Source of the DNA: an uncultured archaeon
Lineage (GTDB): Archaea > Asgardarchaeota > Thorarchaeia > Thorarchaeales > Thorarchaeaceae
Direction: 5' to 3'
Assembly: GCA_964458565.1 (NCBI GenBank)
Contig: CAYWJO010000004.1
Location: 64,001-128,000 of the forward strand
Length of the DNA stretch: 64,000 nucleotides
In this document: positions 46,598-56,479 of the stretch, piece after piece
Layout of the letters: each line of letters opens with the position of its first letter
Numbering within the stretch: the stretch's first letter is position 1
Notes under the pieces: model-generated
Told to the model about the DNA's origin: nothing
The model's input: only the letters and a program-made list of their open reading frames with translations
Database searches by the model: none
Translations under genes and position numbers: made by a program

Positions 46598-47614
46598 TTG
46601 ATGATGTTGCCTGGAAAAATACCCCCCGAGGTTCTAAAACGTATCATATTTTCAAACCTTGGAACGAAGGACGATGATATTCTTCTTGGTCCGGGGATTG
46701 GTCAAGATGCTTCTGTGATACGTGTTGGTGACAGTGTCATCATCGCATCAACTGATCCGATAACCGGGTCGATTGAAGATATAGGATGGCTCGCTGTCCA
46801 TGTCAATGCTAATGATATTGCTACGTTTGGAGTAGAACCTAGGTGGTTTCTTACTTCTATTATGTTACCAGCTGGAACTCTAGAATCCGAACTAGAGCGA
46901 ATTATGAATCAGATTCACGAAGCTGCTGAACCTCTTGGAATCTCGGTAGCTGGTGGGCATACAGAAATCACAGAGAAACTCCAGAATCCGATTATTGCAG
47001 GATTCATGATTGGGGTCTGCAAAGAAGGTGAATATGTCACTTCATCAGGGGCTAAGGAAGGTGATTCTATTATCATGACAAAGACAGCCGCTATCGAAGG
47101 CACGGCGATTCTTGCAGCGGAAGGATATGATTACCTTCAGAAACGCATAAACGAAAGTACCATTAAAAGTGCTAGGAGTTTACGAAACCAGATTAGTGTA
47201 GTACCCGAGGGTATTGCAGCAATGAAGACGGGGTACATTACAGCTATGCATGATCCGACAGAGGGTGGATTATCTGGCGGACTACACGAAATTGCGGATG
47301 CAAGTGGTGTTGGTTTTAGGGTGGATTTCGAGAAGATACCGATTGATAATGCGTCACGTGAGATATGCAATATTCTTGATGTTAATTTTATGGAACTAAT
47401 CAGTTCAGGTTGTATGTTGCTGACATGCAATTCTGAAAATGTTAATAGCGTTTTAGAGGCTATACAAGCAGTTGGTATTGAAGCAACCGTGATTGGCAGG
47501 ATTATTTCTGATTCGAATCATCGTGTTGTTATCGATTCAATGGATGAGCGAGCATTGGATCGACCTATTACTGATGCTCTATGGGATGCATTGAAGAAGA
47601 TTAAATCTCCATAA
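46598..47614 (+). CDS. AIR synthase-related protein (HypE-like)
   Basis: GPGIGQDAS, STDPITG, NANDIA, GGHTE, AMHDPTEGG, LISSG. Confidence 0.85.
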   Translation: MMMLPGKIPPEVLKRIIFSNLGTKDDDILLGPGIGQDASVIRVGDSVIIASTDPITGSIEDIGWLAVHVNANDIATFGVEPRWFLTSIMLPAGTLESELERIMNQIHEAAEPLGISVAGGHTEITEKLQNPIIAGFMIGVCKEGEYVTSSGAKEGDSIIMTKTAAIEGTAILAAEGYDYLQKRINESTIKSARSLRNQISVVPEGIAAMKTGYITAMHDPTEGGLSGGLHEIADASGVGFRVDFEKIPIDNASREICNILDVNFMELISSGCMLLTCNSENVNSVLEAIQAVGIEATVIGRIISDSNHRVVIDSMDERALDRPITDALWDALKKIKSP

Positions 47615-48383
47615 ATCGTTTCAATTCCTCTAAGTCATCGTCTCTTACTGATTCAATAATCATGGGTGAAAGAGATATGTTTCCATTAACCAGTACTTCA
47701 AAAGCGTCACTACCATGCGTCGGTTCACTCTCTTCCCCCCTTATCCAATAGTATTCGTTTCCATTGGGATCAACTCTATTCTCTATATCATTTTTCATCC
47801 TGATTCGTGTTGGACGCGTTATTACAATAAATGAATCTTTTTTTAGAACCTTGGGAAAATTCAGGTTTAAGGCATCTATGCCAGTGGGAATCCCTTTGGC
47901 TATTATGGTGTTGATGATCTGAATCACATGTTCGCATATCTTTGAATAATCGCGATTGTTCTCAATACCTGAAAACCACTCTTTGGATCCCACCACTTCA
48001 GATACTGCAAGAGCTGGATATCCAAGAAACGCCGCTTCCAAAGCTGCACCAAGAGTACCACTTGTCATAATACTTTGATAGCCCAGATTTGCTCCAGGAT
48101 TTATCCCTGATACGAAAATATCGATATCATCGATCATTGCATCCGCTATTAGCGCTGAATCTGCTGGGGTTCCGCTATGATTATAGAATTCTTCAATATT
48201 GGCATGTTGTATTTTGGTTATTCGAAGTGGATTGTTAAGGGAAAGCGATTTGCTTGTAGCGCTACGTTGTCCATCCGGAACAACTATAGCTAGTTCGTAT
48301 TCTTTTGACAATGCTTCTACAAGCTTCATGAACCCTGTAATCTTTGGCCCATCATCATTCACTAGACATATCTTGGTCATCAT
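47601..48383 (-). CDS. surE: 5'/3'-nucleotidase SurE
   Basis: VNDDG, QRSATS, GTPAD, SGINPGANLG, SGTLGAALEA. Confidence 0.9.
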   Translation of the reverse strand: MMTKICLVNDDGPKITGFMKLVEALSKEYELAIVVPDGQRSATSKSLSLNNPLRITKIQHANIEEFYNHSGTPADSALIADAMIDDIDIFVSGINPGANLGYQSIMTSGTLGAALEAAFLGYPALAVSEVVGSKEWFSGIENNRDYSKICEHVIQIINTIIAKGIPTGIDALNLNFPKVLKKDSFIVITRPTRIRMKNDIENRVDPNGNEYYWIRGEESEPTHGSDAFEVLVNGNISLSPMIIESVRDDDLEELKRFMEI

Positions 48384-48403
48384 TTTTCACTCACTGGATG
48401 TTT

Positions 48404-49504
48404 TCATTTGTATTCTTTCTCAAGAATATCTACAATGTATTTAGACGCTTTTCCGCTTCCATATGGACTTGCAGTAGGTGCTTTCCAATCGCTTGATTCT
48501 GCCCTTTGAATCGACAGTGGAAATATCTTGGGATTTACTCCAACAACAATTGCATGACCAGATTCCACTGCTTCTGGTCTTTCTGTTGACGTTCTTAGCA
48601 CGAAAGCCCTTTTGTTGATTGAAGGTGCTGTAACTTCTTCTTGAATGCCTCCTGAATCAGTGATCACAAAGTCACACTTCTTTAGAAGATACAGGAAATC
48701 AAGATATCCTGGAGGATCAATAATATGCACTTGCTTGCTGGTTTGAATTCTATCCATGAGCTCATATTCTTTTAGTCTTGACAATGTTCGTGGATGAGCC
48801 GCAAATACTATGTCCCGGTTTAATGAAATAAGTCCGTCTACAATTCCCTTCAAAATCCGTCTATCATCAACATTCTCAGCTCTATGTAGAGTAAGTAAGA
48901 CGAATTCGTTTAGATTAAGTTCCTTGATTGGATTCTCTCGAGTTGTTGCTTTTGGAATTATCTCTTGGAGCATATCAATTACTGTATTTCCTGTTACATG
49001 AATGTCTCCCCAAACTGATTCTCTCCGAAGGATTTCTGCTGCATGTTCAGTTGGGGCAAAGAGGTATTTTGATACATGATCTGTAAGTCGACGATTATGT
49101 TCTTCTGGCATCCTGATGTCATAACTCCTTAGACCAGCTTCTATATGTCCCACAGGAATCTGCAACTTAACAGATGCAAGCGCTGCAGATAATACTGCAT
49201 TAGTATCTCCCTGGACAAGAGAAACGTCTGGTTTGGTATCCATAAGAGACTCTTCTATTCCGACAAGTGCTCTTGCAGTCTGTTCACCTTGTGTTGCTGA
49301 GCCTATCTGGAGATTTTTATCTGGAGATCTGAGACCAAGATCACTGAAGAACGCTTCACTCATGAACTGTGAATAGTGCTGCCCAGTATGAAGCAGGAAT
49401 ACTGTGTGATTCCGCCTCTCTAGTTCATGAACCACAGGTGTCATCTTGATTATTTCAGGTCTTGTACCTATTGTTATGAAGACATACAACTCTAAGAAAC
49501 CCAT
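48404..49504 (-). CDS. wecB: UDP-N-acetylglucosamine 2-epimerase (non-hydrolysing)
   Basis: GTRPEIIKM, HTGQHY, VQGDTN, HIEAGLRS, MPEEHNR, TDSGGIQEE, TERPE. Confidence 0.93.
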   Translation of the reverse strand: MGFLELYVFITIGTRPEIIKMTPVVHELERRNHTVFLLHTGQHYSQFMSEAFFSDLGLRSPDKNLQIGSATQGEQTARALVGIEESLMDTKPDVSLVQGDTNAVLSAALASVKLQIPVGHIEAGLRSYDIRMPEEHNRRLTDHVSKYLFAPTEHAAEILRRESVWGDIHVTGNTVIDMLQEIIPKATTRENPIKELNLNEFVLLTLHRAENVDDRRILKGIVDGLISLNRDIVFAAHPRTLSRLKEYELMDRIQTSKQVHIIDPPGYLDFLYLLKKCDFVITDSGGIQEEVTAPSINKRAFVLRTSTERPEAVESGHAIVVGVNPKIFPLSIQRAESSDWKAPTASPYGSGKASKYIVDILEKEYK

Positions 49505-49568
49505 TGATTAATTACATGTGAAACACATAAAGGTGATTACTTGTACTTTGAACTCATAAGACCTAAAA

Positions 49569-49595
49569 GAGTCTAAGATAGTTCTAGTTAGACTC
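49569..49595. promoter_or_regulatory. Inverted repeat GAGTCTAA-N11-TTAGACTC in a divergent promoter region
   Basis: Perfect 8-bp arms between wecB and the membrane-HhH gene. Confidence 0.35.
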
Positions 49596-49618
49596 AAATA
49601 TCGCGTTGAGGGATTTGA

Positions 49619-50407
49619 TTGAGATACGGAATTGGAGTATTCATTGGTGCTTTGATAACTGGCATTGCTTATCTTGGTAGCTCTGTTATCCAATGGATTG
49701 GTTATGGTATAACAGATGAATCTACATTGGCTTTGCTCTGGTCAATCTTTGTCATTTGGAGTGTCATTTCATTCCTCATGGTTACAATTCCTCCTCTAGT
49801 CTTCTACTTCACACGACGTGAACAATTCAGAAGGTTCTTCTTTCTCGAGATGGGTGGCGTGTTCCTTTTTACACCCCTTTGGCTTGTACTGTCTCTTGAA
49901 ATAACCGGGACGAAAAGCTGGGTCTATCTATTTACAGAGGGTTTAGGCGGAATTCCTTTCTCGGGTCAACATGGTTCAATCGAGGCGATGAATATATCCC
50001 CAATATTGGCCATTCCCATCTTACTCGGTTTCTTGATATTGGGAGCAGTCATGCTGCAACCTTCATTCATATCTAAATATGAAACCCCCACAATGAGAAC
50101 AAAGACATTCAAGGTTACCGCAGAACCTGAACCTGTGACATCCGAAGATATGATGGAGACAGAAATGCCTGAAATATCTCGACCAGTCCCAGATGAATCT
50201 AGTGTTGAAGAACTACGTCAACAACTTCTAGCAATTGAGGTAGTTGGCTCTATCATCGAGCGTTTAATATCAGCAGGCTATGCAACAGTTACTGATTTAG
50301 TAGCAGCAAAACCCGAACATATTTCTCAGGCGGCAAGTATAAGCATTAAGGATGCTGAATTATTATTACTTGCTCTTCAGAAATCCGTCTGGTTCGGTGA
50401 CATTTGA
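49619..50407 (+). CDS. 4-TM membrane protein with C-terminal helix-hairpin-helix (RadA N-domain-like) module
   Basis: Hydrophobic N-terminal half; C-terminal IERLISAGYATVTDLVAAKPEHISQAASISIKDAELL. Confidence 0.6.
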   Translation: MRYGIGVFIGALITGIAYLGSSVIQWIGYGITDESTLALLWSIFVIWSVISFLMVTIPPLVFYFTRREQFRRFFFLEMGGVFLFTPLWLVLSLEITGTKSWVYLFTEGLGGIPFSGQHGSIEAMNISPILAIPILLGFLILGAVMLQPSFISKYETPTMRTKTFKVTAEPEPVTSEDMMETEMPEISRPVPDESSVEELRQQLLAIEVVGSIIERLISAGYATVTDLVAAKPEHISQAASISIKDAELLLLALQKSVWFGDI

Positions 50408-50409
50408 GA

Positions 50410-51162
50410 TCAATAATGAATAGGATTGGTCTTAATCATAGCATCTAATGCTACATGGATAAGGTCATCTAGCTTAGGTTTTCCTATAATCTTCGCCTCT
50501 TCCTCTATAGGTTCACCGACAATAACACAGATGGCTCCAACTCTAACTCTGCGGAGTTGACCAATTACGAAGAGTGCTGCTGCTTCCATCTCTGTTGCAA
50601 GAACTCCAGCCGCTCTCATTCCGTCCCATTTTCTTTTCATTCTTTCAGGATCTGCCACCATTTCGGGATACTCGCTATAAAAGGAATCTTTGCTATGTCC
50701 AATTCCTACAAAATGCTTGGCTCCTAAATCATCAGCTGCCATCTTCAAATTTTGAACAAGCAACGTATCTGCTATCGCAGGATATTCGATTGGTACATAC
50801 TGTCTAGATGTTCCATCATCGCGGACTGATCCTGTAAATATTACTAGGTCTCCTGCTCGAAGTGACGAATCGATTGCACCCGCTGTTCCGACTCTCACAA
50901 ATATTTTGCAACCAACTTTTACGAGTTCCTCCAATGCAATTGCTGCTGAAGGGCAACCTATGCCTGTTGAACAAACAGCAACAGGTACTCCCTTGTATTT
51001 TCCCTTGAAACTCCAATATTCTCGCTTATGGGCAATTTCTTCTGGTTCCTCAAAAAAGGTTTCAGCAATTTTCTTTGATCTTTGAGGATCACCTGGAAGA
51101 AGAACTAGCGGGGGAATTTCACCAGGTGCGATGTCAATGTGGTATTCCTTCTCGTTTGCCAT
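50410..51162 (-). CDS. udp: Uridine/nucleoside phosphorylase
   Basis: LLPGDPQR, STGIGCPS, RVGTAG, RDDGTS, EMEAAAL. Confidence 0.88.
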   Translation of the reverse strand: MANEKEYHIDIAPGEIPPLVLLPGDPQRSKKIAETFFEEPEEIAHKREYWSFKGKYKGVPVAVCSTGIGCPSAAIALEELVKVGCKIFVRVGTAGAIDSSLRAGDLVIFTGSVRDDGTSRQYVPIEYPAIADTLLVQNLKMAADDLGAKHFVGIGHSKDSFYSEYPEMVADPERMKRKWDGMRAAGVLATEMEAAALFVIGQLRRVRVGAICVIVGEPIEEEAKIIGKPKLDDLIHVALDAMIKTNPIHY

Positions 51163-51264
51163 CGTTCAATCAACGGATGGCCTTTGACCACCTTGTTTAA
51201 ACTATTTGGTGTGTGTCCGACAGCCTTAAAAGATTCCCACAAGGCGCGTCTGCAAGTGTTGGCA

Positions 51265-51486
51265 ATGAGCGAAGAACTTACCGAACTTGAACAATTGATA
51301 CTACCTGTCATCATTGAAGACAGCCATAGAGCAAGTGCAATTTCACGTATCCTGATCAAAAAAGGCGTTGCATGTGATAATAATGCGGTCGTTCAAGCCT
51401 TGAATTCTCTAGAATCAAAGAGTCTAGTTGAACGCTATACAACAAAGGCTTGGATTGCCACAACTAAGGCACAGGATTATGTTTGA
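51265..51486 (+). CDS. Small winged-helix protein
   Basis: MSEELTELEQLIL...VVQALNSLESKSLVERYTTKAWIAT; ATG at 51265 avoids overlap with udp. Confidence 0.55.
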   Translation: MSEELTELEQLILPVIIEDSHRASAISRILIKKGVACDNNAVVQALNSLESKSLVERYTTKAWIATTKAQDYV

Positions 51487-51490
51487 AATC

Positions 51491-53149
51491 TTATCGAATG
51501 ACTCTACCACACGCGCCACAGAACTGAGCCTCAGGACCCACGTCCGAGCCACAATCTGGACATTTACCCATATACTCATTCCAACGCAATATTAGCTTCT
51601 CATCTAATCCTTCAGTCAGTAACTGCCTTGCTTGAAGATTTCGTAATCCTGGTTTCAACAGATCCTCAGGGGTATCTAGAAGCATGGAACTAGAAACATT
51701 GAGAGTGTGTAAATTGTCCTTAAACGACCGACTCTGTTCAATATACCTCTCAATTGTGTCTTTCAACCATTTGTCTAGTTCACTTGATAAAACTTGATGC
51801 TTGATTGGAATAGTTACTCTCTCAGAGGGACTCACTCCAGGTGTGAATAATGAGATTGTTTCGTCATGATAAGATACAATTAGGAATTCGACGTCTAAAT
51901 GAGTTAGGGGCGCTATTTCCTTAATGCCTGAATTATTGAATGCATAGTCACTTATCCGGTTCAGTTCGATTTTTGCAGATTCAATTCTTTCTTCCAGCGC
52001 ACGTTCAAATTTACTCACTGCTAATTTTGCATTTTCCTGAAGATCTGCCATTTCATTTTCTTTCTGACTCCTTTCCAAATCAAACTCAACGAGTCGCAAT
52101 TTTCTCTCTCTGATTTGTGCATCAATATCGGAAGATATTGCAGATATCTCCTCTTCCATTGACTTCTTCATCGATTCTATTTTTCCACTAATCTCGTCGG
52201 TCTTATTTCGAATTTCTTTGATGACATCTTGATATTCAGGAGTTTTTGTTTCTAATTTCTGAACTAATTCATCAAACAAACTGAACGCATCTTCAACACA
52301 TTCCCCCGTCTGGCCGATTGTTATTCTGGCATCCCTCGTAAGTATAGCAAGATTTTCAAAATGGTCTTCTAGACTTGAGAGTATTCGGGTGAAATCCGCT
52401 GTTATAGCACGTAATCCTATCTTGAATTTTTGGTCCAAATCATAGATCGAATCTTGCTTTTTCTCTTGTAACTCACTTATCTCTAGTTCTGTAATTTCTT
52501 CATGAGTTCGTACTCTACGAGACCATCGATCTCTCTCAGAAGTAAATACGTTCTCAATAGCAGTAACCTTTTCACGAAGATGCTCTCGTGAAAACTTCCG
52601 CAGTTCCTCAAGTTCTGCTAATCTGGTCTTTGATTCATCAAGAAGTTTTTGAAAACGACTACTGATATCCAATGCTTTTTGGGAATCAATAGTTTCGTCA
52701 AGTCTGTTCAGTTGTTCTGTGGGTTCCAATAATACATAATGATTTGACTGATTTATAAGATTAGATGAATAAATCAAAGATTGTACGGTGTGAATCGATT
52801 GCTCAATATTACCAAGAAGCTCCAAAGCCTTACTTACTGAATCTGGAATCGTTCCAGGTTCAGAAGTTGCACTACTAATTATTCTCTTGATGGCTCCAAG
52901 TGCTCTATTCTCAGTAACTTCTATCGAAATGGAATCAAGCGCTATGGCTGAGAGTAAAATTGATTCGGTCTCTGCAACCTGTACAATCCAGAATGGTAAG
53001 GCGATAAATGCCAATCCAGTTATTTTTTTGTTCTCTCTCATTGATTCTGCAAGTCCGAATCCAAGAGCTAATGACGTTTCGGGATTTTCCGATTGGTAAT
53101 CCTCCCCTTTCTTTTGATATAGAAACTTTAATGCTAATTGCCTAACCAT
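51491..53149 (-). CDS. Long coiled-coil protein with C-terminal zinc ribbon
   Basis: About 250-aa heptad region; CPDCGSDVGPEAQFCGACG. Confidence 0.7.
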   Translation of the reverse strand: MVRQLALKFLYQKKGEDYQSENPETSLALGFGLAESMRENKKITGLAFIALPFWIVQVAETESILLSAIALDSISIEVTENRALGAIKRIISSATSEPGTIPDSVSKALELLGNIEQSIHTVQSLIYSSNLINQSNHYVLLEPTEQLNRLDETIDSQKALDISSRFQKLLDESKTRLAELEELRKFSREHLREKVTAIENVFTSERDRWSRRVRTHEEITELEISELQEKKQDSIYDLDQKFKIGLRAITADFTRILSSLEDHFENLAILTRDARITIGQTGECVEDAFSLFDELVQKLETKTPEYQDVIKEIRNKTDEISGKIESMKKSMEEEISAISSDIDAQIRERKLRLVEFDLERSQKENEMADLQENAKLAVSKFERALEERIESAKIELNRISDYAFNNSGIKEIAPLTHLDVEFLIVSYHDETISLFTPGVSPSERVTIPIKHQVLSSELDKWLKDTIERYIEQSRSFKDNLHTLNVSSSMLLDTPEDLLKPGLRNLQARQLLTEGLDEKLILRWNEYMGKCPDCGSDVGPEAQFCGACGRVIR

Positions 53150-53216
53150 TTTACTAACCTCATATTGAGAAGATGATACTTCTAATTATCTTTTGTCAAG
53201 ATTGAATTTATCCTTG

Positions 53217-54203
53217 TTAAAGAATTTTCACAAGAGTGTTGACAATATTGTAGCATAATTCTGGGTGGTTAACACAGAATGTTTCTGTATATACAGTATT
53301 GGTTGTAACAATTCTACCTTTGCTCTTTTCCACCAGTCTTTTGAGAAGATCCTCTCCTCTTTCCACTAGTGGAATAACATGTGCAACTGCCATTGCTATC
53401 TCTCTGGCTCCTAACCCGTTCAATCGGTCTGAAGCTTCAAGAAGAGTACTACCGCTTTTTGTGAGGTCATCAACGATTATTACACATTGATTACTGACAT
53501 CAAGGTCTCCTTTAAGATGCACATGATATGAATCATCTCGTGATTTGCCAAATCCCTTAACTGCGAATCTCTCTTGACCCCCTTCATCTGGCGTGACCAC
53601 AGTATATTCATCGAATTTGCAGGAAATAGCACTAAATTCGATCAAGTCGGGAATTACATCTATCTCCTCATATATTTCCTTCTCGCGTAAGCTTTGAACC
53701 CATGGTAAACTTGGAGACGCATGAGGATTAATCACCCAAACTTTGTTGGATGCCTCAGCAATCATCTCTGTTGCCCACCTAGCAGAAACTGCTTCTCCAG
53801 TGAGAAATGCTTTATCTTGAAGAGCAAATGGTTGAAACGTAAGAACAACTTCAACTCTAGCGGCTGGCGCTATTGGTACGGATTTGTACTCTTTATGTCC
53901 TATCGGAACTACTTTTACCGGTCTTTTTAGAATGCTTAGAAGAAGAAGAAGTTCAATCACTCGATCCGATGTACTATAGAACTCTGTTTCAGATGGACAC
54001 GAGCCCGTACAACTTTGTATAACGATTACTCTTCTATCAGACAGTTCCTCAATCTTCTGGATTCTAGCATAAATATCAGCATTTGGAAAGAATCTTCTAA
54101 GATCATAATTCAATCCTGAAGAGTATACCCGATAACCTAGTTCCTCATATCTAGTTCGAAGATGTTCTGCACCACTTGCAAGAACCACGTCATAATCCTT
54201 CAT
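53217..54203 (-). CDS. Ribose-phosphate pyrophosphokinase-like phosphoribosyltransferase
   Basis: RFFPNADIYARI, QDKAFLTGEAVSAR, INPH, TPDEGG, IIVDDLTKSGSTL. Confidence 0.75.
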   Translation of the reverse strand: MKDYDVVLASGAEHLRTRYEELGYRVYSSGLNYDLRRFFPNADIYARIQKIEELSDRRVIVIQSCTGSCPSETEFYSTSDRVIELLLLLSILKRPVKVVPIGHKEYKSVPIAPAARVEVVLTFQPFALQDKAFLTGEAVSARWATEMIAEASNKVWVINPHASPSLPWVQSLREKEIYEEIDVIPDLIEFSAISCKFDEYTVVTPDEGGQERFAVKGFGKSRDDSYHVHLKGDLDVSNQCVIIVDDLTKSGSTLLEASDRLNGLGAREIAMAVAHVIPLVERGEDLLKRLVEKSKGRIVTTNTVYTETFCVNHPELCYNIVNTLVKIL

Positions 54204-54253
54204 GACTGTTCGTGACTTCTCGCATACGCAGCTCCTTTTGAGACTTGCGCCTT

Positions 54254-54799
54254 CTAAATCATCTCCGGTTCTTGCTGTCCAACGTAACGACTGGCTTTTC
54301 GTTTATCGTATCCAACCTTTGAGGGGCTACTTAATGGAACAAACATAATCTGGACTATACGCATCCCTGGATACAGAAGAACTGGTGCAAGATTCTCACA
54401 ATAAATCTCAAGGGTGAGACGGCCTGGTTTTTCAGAGCCCGTTCCTGGATTAACTAAGCCCGCAGCATGCACGATGATACCCAATCTTGCCACACTTGAA
54501 CGCCCCTCCAAAAGTGCTGCATACTTGGAACTGATTGCTATAGATTCCCTCGTTTGTCCCAATATGAACTGACCGGGCAATATCATGAAAGGTTCTCCTT
54601 TTGTATCAAGAAGGCGTGTACCCGAGGATACATCCATCTGAGATTTGATATCCACAGGTGGTCCGGGATCATACACTCGAAAAACACAATCAAGAGTGAG
54701 GTCAATACTACATGGACCCAATGAGGTTTCATCATAAGGGTCAATCAAAATTTCTTTATTTTCTATGGCTTTCTCGATATCAACATCAGAGAGCATCAT
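54254..54799 (-). CDS. dcd: dCTP deaminase
   Basis: MLSDVDI, PCSIDLTL, EGRSSVARLG, LTLEI, YPGMRIVQIMF. Confidence 0.88.
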   Translation of the reverse strand: MMLSDVDIEKAIENKEILIDPYDETSLGPCSIDLTLDCVFRVYDPGPPVDIKSQMDVSSGTRLLDTKGEPFMILPGQFILGQTRESIAISSKYAALLEGRSSVARLGIIVHAAGLVNPGTGSEKPGRLTLEIYCENLAPVLLYPGMRIVQIMFVPLSSPSKVGYDKRKASRYVGQQEPEMI

Positions 54800-54885
54800 T
54801 GTATAGTCCTCCTAGGTTTACTTTATTACGTCATACTACAACATAAAATGGTTGTCGCATATATCTTTCATGCCACCACGAGGTA

Positions 54886-55602
54886 GTGAAATCCTTGAGC
54901 CTGACAGCTCGTGATATAATTCATAAACTTGCAGAATCTACATCACACTCTTATAGCGAAATAGCTGCTAGAGTAAATCAGTTAATGGTTGAGGGAATTA
55001 GTCTATCTGATGCAATCAAATCTATTGCTAATTCTGAAAACCTTGATACACAAGATTATCTAATATCTTCTGAGAGCATAGTTGAGGAAGCACGTACTAT
55101 TCTGATGGAGGACTACACCCAAACTCTTATGATTTCAGCAGTAATGGCTCAAATGGTCGAATCGGAAGGAAACGAACGACTACCTGTTCCCGCCTTCTTT
55201 GCTTTCATGGAAATTCTCTCTATGGTCGACGACGCTCCAAAAGACCAAAAATCAGAAACCTCTGATGAGATTGATAAATACACAACCAGAATGATTGAAT
55301 TGATGACTACTCTTGTTTCCGTTATCTGTAGTTGGTCAACTACTGGAATCACAGGAATAGCCAAAAATTGTCCGAAAGAATTACGTGAAATTGCTCAGCA
55401 AATCCATTGGAAAACAAAAATGTTTCAGAGTGGTATATGGAGTTGCATTTCTTGTGGGAGTATGGTTGATATCAAAGAAACGAAGGCACTCCTATGCAAA
55501 GATTGCGATTTCGCTTTATCTGATGAACTATCGCGACTTCATCCATCTTCTAGCGAACGCGAAAGGATTGGTTACGGACAAACTAAAGATGTCGATGAAT
55601 AG
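54886..55602 (+). CDS. Hypothetical protein with C-terminal Zn finger
   Basis: CISCG...LCKDC; GAGGT before GTG. Confidence 0.6.
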   Translation: MKSLSLTARDIIHKLAESTSHSYSEIAARVNQLMVEGISLSDAIKSIANSENLDTQDYLISSESIVEEARTILMEDYTQTLMISAVMAQMVESEGNERLPVPAFFAFMEILSMVDDAPKDQKSETSDEIDKYTTRMIELMTTLVSVICSWSTTGITGIAKNCPKELREIAQQIHWKTKMFQSGIWSCISCGSMVDIKETKALLCKDCDFALSDELSRLHPSSSERERIGYGQTKDVDE

Positions 55603-55605
55603 ATA

Positions 55606-56241
55606 TTAAATTTCGAGGTCTAATCCTGAATTCAGCATCTCTCTTAAGGAAATAACATCTTCCTGCGTAACTGTAACATCATCGATTTGGAATATTGCAG
55701 TTCCACCATCTACACTCTCTAAAAAGAGGATAACTGCATCGAGTCCTGCTGCATTTCCAATACTAAGAAGTGGTCCCGTAAGTCCATCATAGAAATCAGA
55801 TCTACCCATTGGAATTCCCATTCGATTCAGGAGCCTCTCCCCTTTCTTTGATAATATCTGTCCACAAGTTGGTGCATCGTGGCTCATTGCTGCAATGATG
55901 AACCGAGATGGAACATTCCCCCGCAAATAAAAAAGCATGTCTGTTACCCATTCAAATTCTCGAATAATCACATCACCAAAAACAATCATTAGGTCATCAT
56001 TTATCATTCCTTGGACTGGTACTACCGGAGGTTTGAGTTGTACCGGATATTTATTCCATGACGAGAATGAAGGTGAATTAAAAATCAAAACTGATTCAAA
56101 ATGTCTTTGTTCATAGAGATGACGACACAAAGATTGGCCAAGAGGATTTAAACCTAAAATCACCGTGCAATTTTCATCAATCTTTCTTTTCTGGTATACC
56201 TCTAATATTGGAGATATCCACTCCTGCTTGAATTCAACCAT
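55606..56241 (-). CDS. PAC2 (proteasome assembly chaperone)-like protein
   Basis: VILGL..LGQ...HL N-terminal motif and DGLTGPLLSIG...GLDAVILF resemble the PAC2/PbaA fold. Confidence 0.45.
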   Translation of the reverse strand: MVEFKQEWISPILEVYQKRKIDENCTVILGLNPLGQSLCRHLYEQRHFESVLIFNSPSFSSWNKYPVQLKPPVVPVQGMINDDLMIVFGDVIIREFEWVTDMLFYLRGNVPSRFIIAAMSHDAPTCGQILSKKGERLLNRMGIPMGRSDFYDGLTGPLLSIGNAAGLDAVILFLESVDGGTAIFQIDDVTVTQEDVISLREMLNSGLDLEI

Positions 56242-56479
56242 TATCCTCGCCTCATGAGTGTTGACTATACCAATGTATTATGATATCTGCAGGTTACGGT
56301 TTTAATTTAATAGGTTCTATAGAAGTAAAGAATGACCGATATACTGAACACTATGTGTGTCAAATTTATCCTGATTCCGTAATAATTTCATGACATGATC
56401 AATTAATCCCCATCCGATTAATTTATGTAGAAGCCATGGTGGGAGCGGCTTGCTTAAACATCATGGTGAGTGAGGTTCA

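Noticed and set aside
46502-46600. SECIS-like reading of the GTGA/TGAT hairpin, plus a TGA just before the AIR-synthase-family gene (SelD relative)
   Set aside because: The TGA is part of the GGTGA ribosome-binding motif, no GUxxK Sec motif results, the protein is HypE-like, and no in-frame TGA interrupts nearby genes. The H/ACA layout fits better.
1905-51248. CGCG(T) motifs in intergenic regions (1905, 13801, 17381, 37552, 49602, 51245) as an E2F regulon
   Set aside because: The count is roughly what chance gives for a 4-mer over several kb of intergenic DNA; there is no consistent flanking consensus.
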